A stretch of DNA of 64,000 nt from Burkholderiales bacterium (GCA_040880425.1 JBBDIL010000027.1:39575-103574), one strand, 5' to 3'. Numbered from the stretch's first letter, positions 17,140 to 28,109 are shown. Notes: generated by a model from the letters alone, not told the origin. A program made the numbers and translations.

Positions 17140-19347
17140 ATGACGAATTGCGACAAAATTCTAACGGAGGCACTAGAACTAGTCTGTCGCGGTCGATGGC
17201 GCGACGCAATATGCCTGCTGGAAACAGTCATTGCCAACTCTGGGGAGACGTCCGAGACATATTTCCTTCTTGGTGCTGCAAGACATCGCCTTGGCCACTT
17301 CGCGCAGGCGGAAACGGCTTTCGTGCGCTGCCTTGAACTGGACCCCGGGCATAAACAAGCTGTGCTTGCAAGCGCGACCGTTCTTGGAAAGCAGAGGCGG
17401 TTCGAAGAGGCAGGGCGCCTGCTTCGAGATTATGTCGAGCGCGTGCCATACGACCCCGAGTTCAGATTTGCTTATGCCATAACTCTAGAGCATGGTGGTG
17501 CGTATGAGGCTGCGTTGAAGCAGTACGATCATGCATTAGAGTTGCGGCCTGGATACCTAGAAGCGTTAATGAATCGAGGACACGTTCTTTGTGTCATAGG
17601 GCAGACTGAGGAGGCGGTTATAAACAACCGACGTCTCGTTCAGGTTGCTCCAAAAAGCGCAACCTCGCATTTCAACCTCGCAGATTCATTACTGGCGACA
17701 AAAAATTTTGAGTCCGCAATATTGGCATGCAATCAAGCGATAGCCCTTGATGGTAATTTCACAAAAGCTTATATCAATCGGGCTCTTGCCAATATTGCGT
17801 TGGGGCGCGTTCTTGAGGGGGAGCGCGATCTTGCTCATGTGCGTGAATCGAATCCGACAGCATTAGAGGCGTTCCAGGCGGGATTCGCGAAACGAGCGGG
17901 AGGTTTATTTCACTCATTTGATTCGAGAAGTCTGTATTTACATCTTCAGTATGAATGGATTGCGGAGTGTGATTGGGCGAGATGGGGCGAATTCGTTAGT
18001 TCGCTGGAGTCTTTAATACTGGAAAGTGCAGAGACACTGCAAGCCTTAGATGATCCTAATCTGCCGTTTAGGGCACTGGGTTTCCCTATCAGCAAAAAGG
18101 CCTATGCAGCTCTAGTAGTATCGGTTGCTCGCGGCGTCTCTCGTCGCACCAGGAGTTGTGCCCCGTTTGTTTCCAGAAAAGGGACGCAAAACCGCATTCG
18201 CATTGGATATATTTCGCCAGACTATCGAACCCACCCAGGTGCATACTTGACTCGTCGCATGTACGGATTACATGACCGTGAGCGCTTTGAGGTTTTCGCT
18301 TATGCCCTTTACCCCGATGATAAATCTGAAGTGCGTAAAGACATTGAGAGGGGTTGCGACGTATTTCGCGATGTCTCGCGCTTCAATGCGAAGACAATAA
18401 TCGACCTGATTCGACGTGATGCAATTGATATTGCAGTTGATGTATCTGGTTATACCAATTTCACGCGACCGGACATTTTTGCGGGACGGGTTGCACCCGT
18501 GCAGGTACTTTATCTTGGATATCCCGGATCGCTTGGCGCGGACTGGATTGACTATGCGATCGTGGATCATGTCGTGTGTCCGGTCGATGCGGATACGTGG
18601 TGGAAAGAGAGATTGGTGCGTCTGCCGCATAGTTACTTCATCACAAACAACCAAGAGAGAGTCGATATCGAGGGCTTCAGTAGAACTGCGCTCGGATTAC
18701 CTGACGGTGCTTTCGTTCTCTGCTGTTTTAATAATCCTTTCAAGATAGACCCTGCGACGTTTGATGTCTGGATGAGAATTCTGCAGCGTACCGAAAGGGC
18801 GATACTATGGATACTGCAGACCGTCGATACGGTGTCAAGGAATTTGCGCAGCGAGGCGCATAGACGCAATGTCGATCCCGAGAGATTGGTTTTTGGATCA
18901 TTCATTTCGCCGCACGAACGACACCTGGGGCGTTATTACTTTGCCGACCTTTTTTTAGACACGAAATACTATAACGCGCACACTACCGCGATCGATGCAT
19001 TATGGTGCGGTGTCCCCGTAATCACGGTACCCGGCGATACGATGCCATCCCGCGTCGGTGCGAGCCTGCTCAATGCAATCGGCCTGCCTGAACTGATCTG
19101 CAAGGACTGGACGGAATACGAGGAGAAGGCGGTCTGGCTTGCGACGCACCCGGAAGAACTGGTTGCGCTGAAGCGCAAGCTGGCTGCGAACCGGGACAGC
19201 TATCCGCTGTTCGACACCGAAGGCCAGGTGCGGGCGCTGGAAGCGGCGTACGAAGAGATGTGGCGGCGTCATCAGGCGGGGCTGCCGCCGGCCGCTTTCG
19301 ACGTGAAGCCGCTGGTTAACAGGAACTTCCGCAATGCCTGGCACTGA
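17140..19347 (+). CDS. TPR-repeat protein with C-terminal GT41 (O-GlcNAc transferase/SPINDLY-like) glycosyltransferase domain
   Basis: 735 aa with no signal peptide. N-terminal TPRs are followed by IRIGYISPDYRTHPGAYL..., VLYLGYPGS.GADWIDY and TDxYNAHTT...D.LW.GVPV.T..G, typical of COG3914/GT41. Confidence 0.85.
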   Translation: MTNCDKILTEALELVCRGRWRDAICLLETVIANSGETSETYFLLGAARHRLGHFAQAETAFVRCLELDPGHKQAVLASATVLGKQRRFEEAGRLLRDYVERVPYDPEFRFAYAITLEHGGAYEAALKQYDHALELRPGYLEALMNRGHVLCVIGQTEEAVINNRRLVQVAPKSATSHFNLADSLLATKNFESAILACNQAIALDGNFTKAYINRALANIALGRVLEGERDLAHVRESNPTALEAFQAGFAKRAGGLFHSFDSRSLYLHLQYEWIAECDWARWGEFVSSLESLILESAETLQALDDPNLPFRALGFPISKKAYAALVVSVARGVSRRTRSCAPFVSRKGTQNRIRIGYISPDYRTHPGAYLTRRMYGLHDRERFEVFAYALYPDDKSEVRKDIERGCDVFRDVSRFNAKTIIDLIRRDAIDIAVDVSGYTNFTRPDIFAGRVAPVQVLYLGYPGSLGADWIDYAIVDHVVCPVDADTWWKERLVRLPHSYFITNNQERVDIEGFSRTALGLPDGAFVLCCFNNPFKIDPATFDVWMRILQRTERAILWILQTVDTVSRNLRSEAHRRNVDPERLVFGSFISPHERHLGRYYFADLFLDTKYYNAHTTAIDALWCGVPVITVPGDTMPSRVGASLLNAIGLPELICKDWTEYEEKAVWLATHPEELVALKRKLAANRDSYPLFDTEGQVRALEAAYEEMWRRHQAGLPPAAFDVKPLVNRNFRNAWH

Positions 19348-19358
19348 ACAGCAATTAC

Positions 19359-19868
19359 TCAGGCGATCCGTTCGAGTGTGACATAGCTGTAGTCCAGCCC
19401 GCTTGCTTCGTCCCGCGCGCTGAGGCGATCTGTTTCTTTCCATACGCCTTCCGGCAGTTCCGGGAACCAGGCGTCGCCGTCGAAGTCTCGATCGATCTCG
19501 GTCAGCAGGATACGGTCGGTCCGCGGCAGCGCGAGCGCATAAATCTCGCCACCGCCGATGATGAAAACCTCGTCATCGTCGCGCGATGCGGCGAGCGCGG
19601 CTTCAATCGAATCCACGACTTTCGCGCCCGGCACGCTGTAACCGGTCTGGCGGGTAATGATCACGTGCTGGCGGCCGGGCAGCAGGCGGCCGATCGATTC
19701 CCAGGTTTTGCGGCCCATGACGATGTGATGGCCCATGGTGAGCTGCTTGAAGCGCTTGAGATCGGCCGAGAGGTGCCAGGGCAGTTTGCCGTCCTTGCCG
19801 ATGACGCGATTCTTCGCCATCGCCACCAGTATGGAAACCCTGGGCCTTGGCCGCTGTAGTTCAGACAT
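19359..19868 (-). CDS. folA: Dihydrofolate reductase
   Basis: 169 aa with the DHFR motifs GKDGKLPW and IMGRKTWESIG. Confidence 0.95.
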   Translation of the reverse strand: MSELQRPRPRVSILVAMAKNRVIGKDGKLPWHLSADLKRFKQLTMGHHIVMGRKTWESIGRLLPGRQHVIITRQTGYSVPGAKVVDSIEAALAASRDDDEVFIIGGGEIYALALPRTDRILLTEIDRDFDGDAWFPELPEGVWKETDRLSARDEASGLDYSYVTLERIA

Positions 19869-19892
19869 CGGTAAAGGATAAATTGCGGCCGG

Positions 19893-20687
19893 CTAGACCG
19901 CCACCGGCGCCTTGATGGCGGGGTGCGGATCGTAGCCGACGAGGGTGAAATCTTCGTACTTGAAGCTGAACAGGTCTTTGACTTCGGGATTCAGGATCAT
20001 GCGCGGCAGAGGCCGCGGCTCGCGCGAAAGCTGCTCCTTCGCCTGCTCGAGGTGATTCAGGTACAGGTGGCAGTCACCGTAGGTATGCACGAACTCGCCA
20101 GGCTTGAGTCCGCAGACCTGCGCCACCATGAGGGTGAGCAGCGAATACGAGGCGATGTTGAACGGCACGCCGAGGAAAAAATCCGCGCTGCGCTGGTAGA
20201 GCTGGCAGGAGAGCTTGCCGTCGGCGACATAGAACTGAAAAAAAGCATGGCAGGGCGCGAGCGCCATGCGATCGAGGTCGGCGACGTTCCATGCGGACAC
20301 GATCAGTCGCCGCGAATCGGGATTGCGGCGGATCTCGTCCAGCACCCGGGAAACCTGGTCGATGTGACGGCCGTCCGGCGCGGGCCACGAGCGCCACTGG
20401 TAGCCGTATACCGGGCCAAGGTCGCCGTTCGCATCCGCCCATTCGTCCCAGATGGTGACGCCATGCTCTTTTAGATATCGGGTGTTGGTTTCGCCGCTAA
20501 GAAACCACAGCAGTTCGTGGACGATCGACTTGAGGTGGACTTTTTTGGTGGTGAGCAGCGGGAAACCCTGCTGCAGATCGAAGCGCAGTTGCGCGCCGAA
20601 AATGCTGATGGTTCCGGTCCCGGTGCGGTCGTCCTTGCGCGCGCCGCGGTCGAGAACATGCTGCATCAGGTCGAGGTAATTGCGCAT
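19893..20687 (-). CDS. thyA: Thymidylate synthase
   Basis: 264 aa with DRTGTGT, the active site [12 protein letters not shown], and [15 protein letters not shown]. Confidence 0.98.
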   Translation of the reverse strand: MRNYLDLMQHVLDRGARKDDRTGTGTISIFGAQLRFDLQQGFPLLTTKKVHLKSIVHELLWFLSGETNTRYLKEHGVTIWDEWADANGDLGPVYGYQWRSWPAPDGRHIDQVSRVLDEIRRNPDSRRLIVSAWNVADLDRMALAPCHAFFQFYVADGKLSCQLYQRSADFFLGVPFNIASYSLLTLMVAQVCGLKPGEFVHTYGDCHLYLNHLEQAKEQLSREPRPLPRMILNPEVKDLFSFKYEDFTLVGYDPHPAIKAPVAV

Positions 20688-20809
20688 CGGGCTCCGGCGA
20701 AAATACGTGTAAGTTCAGTCGCTAACGCGGTCATGACGGGGCGTTGCGACGGCGCGATTGCATCGGGCGCTATGTTACACTTCGCCGCCTGTTTTCACGA
20801 GCGCGCGCA

Positions 20810-21973
20810 ATGTCCGGCAACACTCTCGGCAGGCTGTTCTGCGTTACTTCCTTCGGTGAGAGCCACGGGCCCGCGATCGGCTGCGTGGTGGACGGTTGCC
20901 CGCCCGGCCTCGTGCTTTCCGAGGCCGACATCCAGCAGGAACTCGACCGCCGCCGCCCCGGAACTTCACGACATGTCACCCAGCGGCGCGAACCGGATAC
21001 GGTCGAAATTCTCTCCGGCGTGTTCGAAGGCAGGACGACCGGCACGCCGATCGCGCTGCTGATCCGCAACCAGGACCAGCGTAGCAAGGATTACGGCAAC
21101 ATCGCCGAGACTTTCCGTCCAGGCCACGCCGACTACACCTACTGGCAGAAGTACGGCATCCGCGATTACCGCGGCGGCGGGCGGCAGTCCGCGCGCGAAA
21201 CCGCGGTGCGCGTTGCGGCCGGGGCAATCGCCAAAAAGTGGCTGCGCGAGCGCCACGGCGTCGAGATCCGCGGCTACATGTCGCAACTCGGCCCGAACCG
21301 CATCGCGTTCAAGAGCTGGGATGCGATCGATGCCAACCCGTTTTTCTCGCCGGATCCGGACATCGTGCCCGAACTCGAGGCGTTCATGGACCGGTTGCGC
21401 AAGTCGGGCGACTCCTGCGGCGCGCGCATCACCGCGGTGGCGCACGGCGTGCCGGTCGGTTGGGGCGAGCCGGTGTACGACAAGCTGGATGCGGAGATCG
21501 CCTACGCGATGATGAGCATCAACGCGGTGAAAGGCGTCGAGATCGGTGCGGGATTCCGCGCCGTCGAACAGCAGGGCACCGAGCACAGCGACGAGATGAC
21601 GCCGCAAGGGTTCGTTTCCAACAACGCGGGCGGTATCCTCGGCGGTATTTCCACCGGTCAGGACATCGTGGTCAGCATCGCGGTCAAGCCGACCTCGAGC
21701 ATCCGGCTCGACCGGCGCTCGATCGACAAGGCCGGCAAGCCGGTGGTGGTCAACACGCACGGGCGCCACGACCCTTGTGTCGGCATCCGCGCCACGCCGA
21801 TCGCGGAGGCGATGCTGGCGCTGGTGCTGATGGACCACGCCTTGCGGCACCGCGCGCAGAACGACGATGTTGCGTGCGAAACGCCGCGCATCCCGGCGCA
21901 GGCGCCCGCCGACGTGGTGGAGAAAGTGCGCAACGGGGCATCGCTGGAGAACCCGGACCCGGACGAGGCGTGA
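20810..21973 (+). CDS. aroC: Chorismate synthase
   Basis: Starts [20 protein letters not shown]. Also GRHDPCV. The track ORF start at 20744 is an upstream extension. Confidence 0.97.
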   Translation: MSGNTLGRLFCVTSFGESHGPAIGCVVDGCPPGLVLSEADIQQELDRRRPGTSRHVTQRREPDTVEILSGVFEGRTTGTPIALLIRNQDQRSKDYGNIAETFRPGHADYTYWQKYGIRDYRGGGRQSARETAVRVAAGAIAKKWLRERHGVEIRGYMSQLGPNRIAFKSWDAIDANPFFSPDPDIVPELEAFMDRLRKSGDSCGARITAVAHGVPVGWGEPVYDKLDAEIAYAMMSINAVKGVEIGAGFRAVEQQGTEHSDEMTPQGFVSNNAGGILGGISTGQDIVVSIAVKPTSSIRLDRRSIDKAGKPVVVNTHGRHDPCVGIRATPIAEAMLALVLMDHALRHRAQNDDVACETPRIPAQAPADVVEKVRNGASLENPDPDEA

Positions 21974-21976
21974 CCA

Positions 21977-22513
21977 GTGAACGCGATCGAGCGGCTGCGC
22001 GCGATCGCGGCGCATGAATGGCGCCCCGTAACAACGGCCGGTTTGCTCGGATTCTGCGCGATTGCCGGGATCGTCACCTGGTTTTCGCATACCGGCGAGC
22101 GCTGGGTGCCGATTCTCGATTCCGCCAATCTTGCGTTTCACGAAGCCGGGCACCCGTTGTTCGGCATTTTCTCGCAGCGGCTCACGGTCTACGGCGGCAC
22201 GCTCGGGCAGCTGGCGTTCCCGCTTGCGGCTGCGGCCTCGTTCTGGTTGCGGCGCGAAGCGCTGTCATTCGCGTTTTCCGTGGCCTGGCTCGGGCAGAAC
22301 TTCTGGAATATCTCGCGATACATGGCGGATGCCCGCGCCCGGATGCTGCCGCTGGTCGGCAGCGGAGAGCACGACTGGACCGAGATCTTCCTCCGCTGGG
22401 GCGTGCTGCAGTCGGATACCACGGTCGCGGCGCTGACGCGGGGACTGGGCTGGGGGGTGCTCGCCGGCGTGTGGGGATGGCTTGCCTTGCGCTGGCTGAC
22501 TGAACGCGAATAA
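21977..22513 (+). CDS. Small polytopic membrane protein with HExxH motif (function unknown)
   Basis: 178 aa with 4-5 hydrophobic helices and FHEAGHPLFG next to helix 1. GTG start lies 3 nt after the aroC stop. Confidence 0.55.
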   Translation: MNAIERLRAIAAHEWRPVTTAGLLGFCAIAGIVTWFSHTGERWVPILDSANLAFHEAGHPLFGIFSQRLTVYGGTLGQLAFPLAAAASFWLRREALSFAFSVAWLGQNFWNISRYMADARARMLPLVGSGEHDWTEIFLRWGVLQSDTTVAALTRGLGWGVLAGVWGWLALRWLTERE

Positions 22514-22534
22514 GGCTGCACCACTTATCATCAC

Positions 22535-23677
22535 ATGTTTCGCGCTTCGCTCTACGCCCGGCTGTCGGGTTTCTATTTCTGGTATTTCGCGTTCATCGGC
22601 GCCTTTGCGCCGTACTTCGCGCTGTACCTGCAGCGGCTCGGCTATTCCGCGGTGGAGATCGCGGTACTGATCGCGATCAACCCGATCTCGCGCATCTACG
22701 GGCCGAATCTCTGGGGCTGGCTCGCCGACCGGCATCACGCGCGCGGCACGATCGTTCGCTGGTGTGCGGTGCTGTCCGCGGTGATCTTTGCCGGCGTTCT
22801 GCTGGAACCGGGATTTCTCGGCATGCTGTTGCTGCTGGTGCTGCTGAACCTGTTCTGGTCCGGCATCCTGCCGCTGGCGGAAGCGGGCACGATGGCACTG
22901 CTCGGCGAACGCATGGGGACCTACGGCCGCATCCGGCTTTGGGGCTCCGTCGGTTTCGTGGTGGTGGTGGTCGCGCTCGGTTATCTGCTGGATGCGCTCG
23001 GCACGCGTGTGCTGGCGCCAACCATCGTGGCATTGCTTGTGTTCACTGCCGCGACAACATTTGCGCTGCCGCGCGACCGCAGTCGGTCCCGGAACACGGA
23101 GCAGGGTTCGATCGGCACGGTGCTGCGCCAGCCCGGGGTGCCGGCTTTGCTCGCCGGATTCTTCCTGATGCAGGTCGCGCACGGACCGTACAACACGTTT
23201 TTTTCGATCTACTTGGTCGAGACCGGGCATTCGAAGACGGTGGTGGGCTGGCTGTGGTCGATCGGCGTGCTGGCGGAGATCGCGCTGTTCATCTGGCTGC
23301 CGCGTCTGATGAAGCGTTTCAGTCTGGAGCGGATACTCGTCGCGAGTTTCGCCTGCGCGGCGCTGCGGTTCCTGCTGATCGCCTGGGGCGTACAGTGGCT
23401 TTCGCTCCTGGTCGTCGCCCAGCTCATGCATGCGGTGACCTTCGGCGCATTCCATGCCGCCGGAGTGGCGGCGATGCACCGCATCTTCAGGGGCCGGAAC
23501 CAGGCGCGCGGGCAGGCGATCTATACCAGTCTGGGTTACGGCGCGGGTGGCACGCTCGGCACGCTGGCTTCGGGGTATTCCTGGGAGCATCTCGGCGGCG
23601 CCGTCACTTTCAGTCTGGCGGCGCTGGCCGCGGTGGGCGCGCTGCTGCTGTTCCGCCGCTATTCACCGGTCCGGTGA
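22535..23677 (+). CDS. MFS transporter (MFS_1_like type)
   Basis: 380 aa with 12 predicted helices and N-terminal FYFWYFAFIGAFAPYFALYL...WGWLADR. Confidence 0.85.
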   Translation: MFRASLYARLSGFYFWYFAFIGAFAPYFALYLQRLGYSAVEIAVLIAINPISRIYGPNLWGWLADRHHARGTIVRWCAVLSAVIFAGVLLEPGFLGMLLLLVLLNLFWSGILPLAEAGTMALLGERMGTYGRIRLWGSVGFVVVVVALGYLLDALGTRVLAPTIVALLVFTAATTFALPRDRSRSRNTEQGSIGTVLRQPGVPALLAGFFLMQVAHGPYNTFFSIYLVETGHSKTVVGWLWSIGVLAEIALFIWLPRLMKRFSLERILVASFACAALRFLLIAWGVQWLSLLVVAQLMHAVTFGAFHAAGVAAMHRIFRGRNQARGQAIYTSLGYGAGGTLGTLASGYSWEHLGGAVTFSLAALAAVGALLLFRRYSPVR

Positions 23678-23751
23678 CCATGAATTCCAGACGCAAGCCG
23701 CGGATTTCGAAGCTCAATATGTCATAATCCGCGTTTCCCGGAAGCACTGCG

Positions 23752-25164
23752 ATGGCATCCCGAACTCTCTACGACAAACTCTGGTCCAGCCATGTCGTCC
23801 GGCAGGATCCCGACGGCACCGCGCTGATATATATCGACCGTCACCTCGTGCATGAGGTGACCAGTCCGCAGGCCTACGAAGGTCTGAAGCTCGCCGGCCG
23901 CAAACCCTGGCGCGTGGACTCTGTGGTGGCGACCGCCGACCACAACACGCCGACTCACGACTGGGACCAGGGCATCGCTGATCCGATCTCGAAGCTGCAG
24001 GTCGACACGCTGGACGCGAACATGCGCGAGTTCGGCGCGAAGGCCTATTTTCCGTTCCGCGACCGCCGGCAGGGCATCGTGCATGTGATCGGGCCGGAGA
24101 ACGGCGCCACGCTGCCGGGCATGACGGTGGTGTGCGGCGATTCCCATACTTCCACGCATGGCGCCTTTGCCTGTCTCGCCTGGGGTATCGGTACCTCGGA
24201 AGTCGAACACGTGCTCGCGACGCAGTGCCTGAACATGAAGAAAGCGAAGAGCATGCTGGTCGAGGTAGACGGCAAGCTCGGCCGCGGCGTGACTGCGAAG
24301 GATCTGATCCTTGCGGTCATCGGCAGGATCGGCACTGCGGGCGGCACCGGCTACGCCATCGAGTTCGGCGGCAGCGCGGTGCGCGCGCTCGGCATGGAAG
24401 GCCGCATGACGATCTGCAACATGGCGATCGAGGCCGGCGCACGGGCGGGCATGGTGGCAGTGGATGACACCACGATCGAGTATTTGCGTGACCGGCCGTT
24501 TGCGCCGAAGGACAAGATCCGGGATCGTGCGGTCGCGTATTGGCGGACACTGAAGTCCGACCCGGACGCGAAGTTCGATGCGATGGTCAGAATGGATGCG
24601 GCCGATATCAAACCGCAGGTTACCTGGGGCACGTCGCCCGAGATGGTCGACACGATCGACGGGCAAGTCCCGGATCCGGCGAAGATCGCCGACCCGACGA
24701 AGCGCACCTGGGTCGAGCGCGCGTTGCAATACATGGGCCTCGAACCGGAAACGCCGATCAAGCAGATCCGCATCGACAAAGTGTTCATCGGCTCCTGCAC
24801 CAACTCGCGCATCGAGGATCTGCGGGCGGCAGCCGAAGTGGTCAAGGGACGCAAAGTCGCATCCAGCGTCAAGCTGGCGATGGTGGTGCCGGGATCGGGG
24901 CTGGTGAAAGAGCAGGCCGAGCGCGAAGGGCTGGATCGCGTGTTCACCGCGGCAGGATTCGAGTGGCGCGAACCCGGCTGCTCGATGTGCCTGGCGATGA
25001 ACGACGACCGGCTCGAACCGGGCGAGCGTTGTGCGTCCACGTCCAACCGCAATTTCGAAGGCCGGCAGGGCGCAGGTGGCCGCACGCACCTGGTGAGCCC
25101 GGCAATGGCAGCGGGGGCCGCGATTGCCGGACACTTCGTCGACGTGCGCACCGATCTTCAGTAG
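23752..25164 (+). CDS. leuC: 3-isopropylmalate dehydratase large subunit
   Basis: 470 aa with aconitase-family motifs ([35 protein letters not shown]). Confidence 0.98.
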   Translation: MASRTLYDKLWSSHVVRQDPDGTALIYIDRHLVHEVTSPQAYEGLKLAGRKPWRVDSVVATADHNTPTHDWDQGIADPISKLQVDTLDANMREFGAKAYFPFRDRRQGIVHVIGPENGATLPGMTVVCGDSHTSTHGAFACLAWGIGTSEVEHVLATQCLNMKKAKSMLVEVDGKLGRGVTAKDLILAVIGRIGTAGGTGYAIEFGGSAVRALGMEGRMTICNMAIEAGARAGMVAVDDTTIEYLRDRPFAPKDKIRDRAVAYWRTLKSDPDAKFDAMVRMDAADIKPQVTWGTSPEMVDTIDGQVPDPAKIADPTKRTWVERALQYMGLEPETPIKQIRIDKVFIGSCTNSRIEDLRAAAEVVKGRKVASSVKLAMVVPGSGLVKEQAEREGLDRVFTAAGFEWREPGCSMCLAMNDDRLEPGERCASTSNRNFEGRQGAGGRTHLVSPAMAAGAAIAGHFVDVRTDLQ

Positions 25165-25176
25165 GGACAGGAAGCC

Positions 25177-25815
25177 ATGGACAAGTTTGTAAGACTCGAG
25201 GGATTGGTGGCGCCACTGGATCGTGCCAATGTCGATACGGACGCGATCATCCCCAAGCAGTTCCTGAAATCGATCAAGCGCACCGGTTTCGGCGTCAACC
25301 TGTTCGATGCGTGGCGCTATCTCGACCACGGCGAACCGGGAATGGACAACACGAAACGCCAGCCCAACCCCGATTTCGTGCTGAACCAGCCGCGTTACCG
25401 TGACGCGCAGATCCTGCTCGCAAGAAAGAACTTCGGTTGCGGCTCGTCCCGCGAGCATGCGCCCTGGGCGCTGATGGACTACGGATTCCGCGCGGTGATC
25501 GCGCCGAGCTTCGCCGACATCTTTTTCAACAACTGCTTCAAGAACGGACTGCTGGCCGTGGTGCTGCCGGAGTCCGCGGTCGACAGGCTGTTTGTCGATG
25601 TGAATGCAAATGAGGGTTACCGGCTGACCATCGACCTCGAGCAGCAGAAGGTGACGACCCCGGGTGGCGAATCGTTCGGTTTCGAGATCGACGCGTTCCG
25701 CAAGCATTCCCTGCTGAACGGGTTGGACGAAATCGGACTTACGCTCACGCACGCGGACGAGATCAAGGCGTTTGAGGCCAAACGCCGGGCGGATCAACCC
25801 TGGCTGTTCGCGTAG
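25177..25815 (+). CDS. leuD: 3-isopropylmalate dehydratase small subunit
   Basis: 212 aa with [14 protein letters not shown] and [15 protein letters not shown]. Confidence 0.97.
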   Translation: MDKFVRLEGLVAPLDRANVDTDAIIPKQFLKSIKRTGFGVNLFDAWRYLDHGEPGMDNTKRQPNPDFVLNQPRYRDAQILLARKNFGCGSSREHAPWALMDYGFRAVIAPSFADIFFNNCFKNGLLAVVLPESAVDRLFVDVNANEGYRLTIDLEQQKVTTPGGESFGFEIDAFRKHSLLNGLDEIGLTLTHADEIKAFEAKRRADQPWLFA

Positions 25816-25834
25816 TTTTCGTTCATCCGCAACA

Positions 25835-25867
25835 GGGCCGGGCGGACGAATCCTCCCGGCCTTTTTG
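25835..25867 (+). terminator. Terminator-like hairpin between leuD and leuB
   Basis: ggccggg (25836-42) pairs with cccggcc (25855-61) around a 12-nt loop, followed by ttttt. Confidence 0.4.
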
Positions 25868-25888
25868 CTTGCATCCGACAGGAGAACA

Positions 25889-26959
25889 ATGAAGATCGCC
25901 GTATTGCCCGGTGACGGTATCGGGCCCGAAATCGTGAAGCAGGCCGTCAAGGTCCTGGATGTTTTGCGTCGGGATGGGCTCGCCATCGAGCTGGAGCAAG
26001 CCCAGATCGGCGGCGCCGGGTACGATGCGCACAAGGATCCGTTACCTCAACCGACACTGGCGTTGGCGAAGTCGGCAGATGCGATACTGCTGGGTGCAGT
26101 GGGCGGCCCAAACTACGACACGCTGCCGAGAGCGATGCGGCCGGAACAGGGGTTGCTGCGTATCCGCAAGGAGCTGGGGTTGTTCGCCAATCTGCGCCCG
26201 GCGATGGTTTACGAGGAACTCGCGAATGCCTCCACGCTCCGGCGCGAGGTGGTCGCGGGCCTGGACATTTTGATACTGCGCGAGTTGACCGGCGACATCT
26301 ACTTCGGCCAGCCGCGCGGCCAACGCAAGTCGGAATCGGGCGAGCGCGAAGGTTTCGACACCATGCGCTATACGGAATCCGAAATCCGGCGCATCGCACA
26401 TGTCGGATTCGGCATCGCCCGCAAGCGCGCGAAACGGTTGTGTTCGGTCGACAAGGCGAATGTGCTTGACACCAGCATACTGTGGCGCGAAGTGGTGAAC
26501 GAGGTGGCGCGCGAGTACGCGGATGTGGAACTGAGCCACATGTACGTGGACAATGCCGCCATGCAACTGGTGCGCGCGCCGAAGCAGTTCGACGTGATGC
26601 TTACCGGAAACATGTTCGGCGACATACTTTCCGACGAGGCGTCGATGCTCACCGGCTCGATCGGCATGCTGCCGTCGGCTTCGCTGGACGCGAACAACAA
26701 GGGACTTTACGAGCCGATTCACGGTTCCGCGCCGGATATCGCGGGACGCGACCTCGCCAATCCGCTGGCCACCATACTTTCGCTCGGTATGATGATGCGC
26801 TATACGTTCAATCAGGAAGAGGTGGCGGGGCGGATCGAGTCGGCGGTGAAATCGGTGCTGAAGGCAGGCTGCCGGACTGCGGACATTCTCGAGCCGGGTG
26901 GAAAAAGCATCGGCACCGAGGAAATGGGTGATGCGGTTGTGACCGCACTGCAGGGCTGA
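25889..26959 (+). CDS. leuB: 3-isopropylmalate dehydrogenase
   Basis: Starts [16 protein letters not shown], with GGAG 7 nt upstream. The track start at 25772 overlaps leuD. Confidence 0.97.
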   Translation: MKIAVLPGDGIGPEIVKQAVKVLDVLRRDGLAIELEQAQIGGAGYDAHKDPLPQPTLALAKSADAILLGAVGGPNYDTLPRAMRPEQGLLRIRKELGLFANLRPAMVYEELANASTLRREVVAGLDILILRELTGDIYFGQPRGQRKSESGEREGFDTMRYTESEIRRIAHVGFGIARKRAKRLCSVDKANVLDTSILWREVVNEVAREYADVELSHMYVDNAAMQLVRAPKQFDVMLTGNMFGDILSDEASMLTGSIGMLPSASLDANNKGLYEPIHGSAPDIAGRDLANPLATILSLGMMMRYTFNQEEVAGRIESAVKSVLKAGCRTADILEPGGKSIGTEEMGDAVVTALQG

Positions 26960-26993
26960 GCGCCCGGAAACGAACACGGAGATCTATTCGGAA

Positions 26994-28109
26994 ATGACGA
27001 TGAAAGTTGGACTGGTTGGCTGGCGTGGGATGGTGGGATCGGTCCTCATGCAACGCATGCGTGAGGAGAAGGATTTCGACCTGATCGAGCCGGTGTTTTT
27101 CAGCACTTCGCAGGCGGGCGGCAAAGCGCCTGACATCGGCAGGAACACGCCGCTGCTGAAGGACGCGACCGCCATCGACGAGTTGAAGGCGATGGATGCG
27201 ATCGTTTCCTGCCAGGGCGGCGACTACACCAACGACGTGCATCCGAAGCTGCGCGAAGCGGGCTGGAAAGGCTACTGGATCGACGCTGCCTCGGCGCTGC
27301 GGATGAAGCCGGATGCGGCGATCATTCTCGACCCGGTCAACATGCAGGCGATCCGCGACGCGCTGGCGAATGGCGTCAGGGACTATATCGGCGGGAACTG
27401 CACGGTCAGCCTGATGCTGCTGGCGACGCAAGGGTTGTTCAAGGCGGGGCTGGTGGAGTGGATGACGGCCATGACGTACCAGGCTGCATCCGGGGCCGGC
27501 GCGCAGAACATGCGCGAACTGGTTGCGCAGATGGGTTTCGCGCACGCAAAGTCGAGGTCGCTGCTGGACGATCCGGCCTCTTCGATCCTGGAGGTCGACC
27601 GCAAGGTCGCGGAGGCGCTGCGCAGCGCCGAATTTCCGACCGAACATTTCGGCGTGCCGCTCGCAGGCAGTCTGATCGCGTGGATCGACAAGGACCTTGG
27701 CACCGGGCAGAGCCGCGAGGAGTGGAAGGCTTCCGCGGAGGGCAACAAGATCCTCGGACGGGAAAAGAACCCGATCGCGATCGACGGCATCTGCGTGCGC
27801 GTAGGTGCGATGCGCTGCCACAGTCAGGCGCTCACCATCAAGCTGAATCGCGATCTGCCGATGTCCGAAATCGAGCAATTGCTCGGCTCAGCCAACGAAT
27901 GGGTGCGCGTGGTCGCGAACGAGCGCGAGGCGAGCATCCGTGAACTGAGTCCGGTGGCCGTCACGGGTACGCTCGACGTACCGATCGGGCGCTTGCGCAA
28001 ACTGCCCATGGGAGGCGAATATCTGACCGCGTTCACGGTCGGGGATCAGTTGCTGTGGGGCGCGGCGGAGCCGCTGCGGCGCATGCTGCGAATACTGCTC
28101 GCGCGTTGA
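26994..28109 (+). CDS. asd: Aspartate-semialdehyde dehydrogenase
   Basis: 371 aa with [14 protein letters not shown] and the active site GGNCTVSLM. Confidence 0.97.
   Translation: MTMKVGLVGWRGMVGSVLMQRMREEKDFDLIEPVFFSTSQAGGKAPDIGRNTPLLKDATAIDELKAMDAIVSCQGGDYTNDVHPKLREAGWKGYWIDAASALRMKPDAAIILDPVNMQAIRDALANGVRDYIGGNCTVSLMLLATQGLFKAGLVEWMTAMTYQAASGAGAQNMRELVAQMGFAHAKSRSLLDDPASSILEVDRKVAEALRSAEFPTEHFGVPLAGSLIAWIDKDLGTGQSREEWKASAEGNKILGREKNPIAIDGICVRVGAMRCHSQALTIKLNRDLPMSEIEQLLGSANEWVRVVANEREASIRELSPVAVTGTLDVPIGRLRKLPMGGEYLTAFTVGDQLLWGAAEPLRRMLRILLAR

Noticed and set aside
15780-19010. Low-GC tract as a classical genomic island or prophage remnant
   Set aside because: No integrase, transposase, tRNA target or flanking direct repeats. 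Both borders lie inside ORFs that stay in frame, which fits recombinational mosaicism better than element insertion.
23678-23751. Leucine-rich leader peptide or attenuator upstream of leuC
   Set aside because: No small ORF with consecutive Leu codons and no terminator hairpin is visible in the 74-nt gap.
23722-26034. 770-aa ORF antisense to leuC/leuD
   Set aside because: Shadow ORF opposite leuCD.
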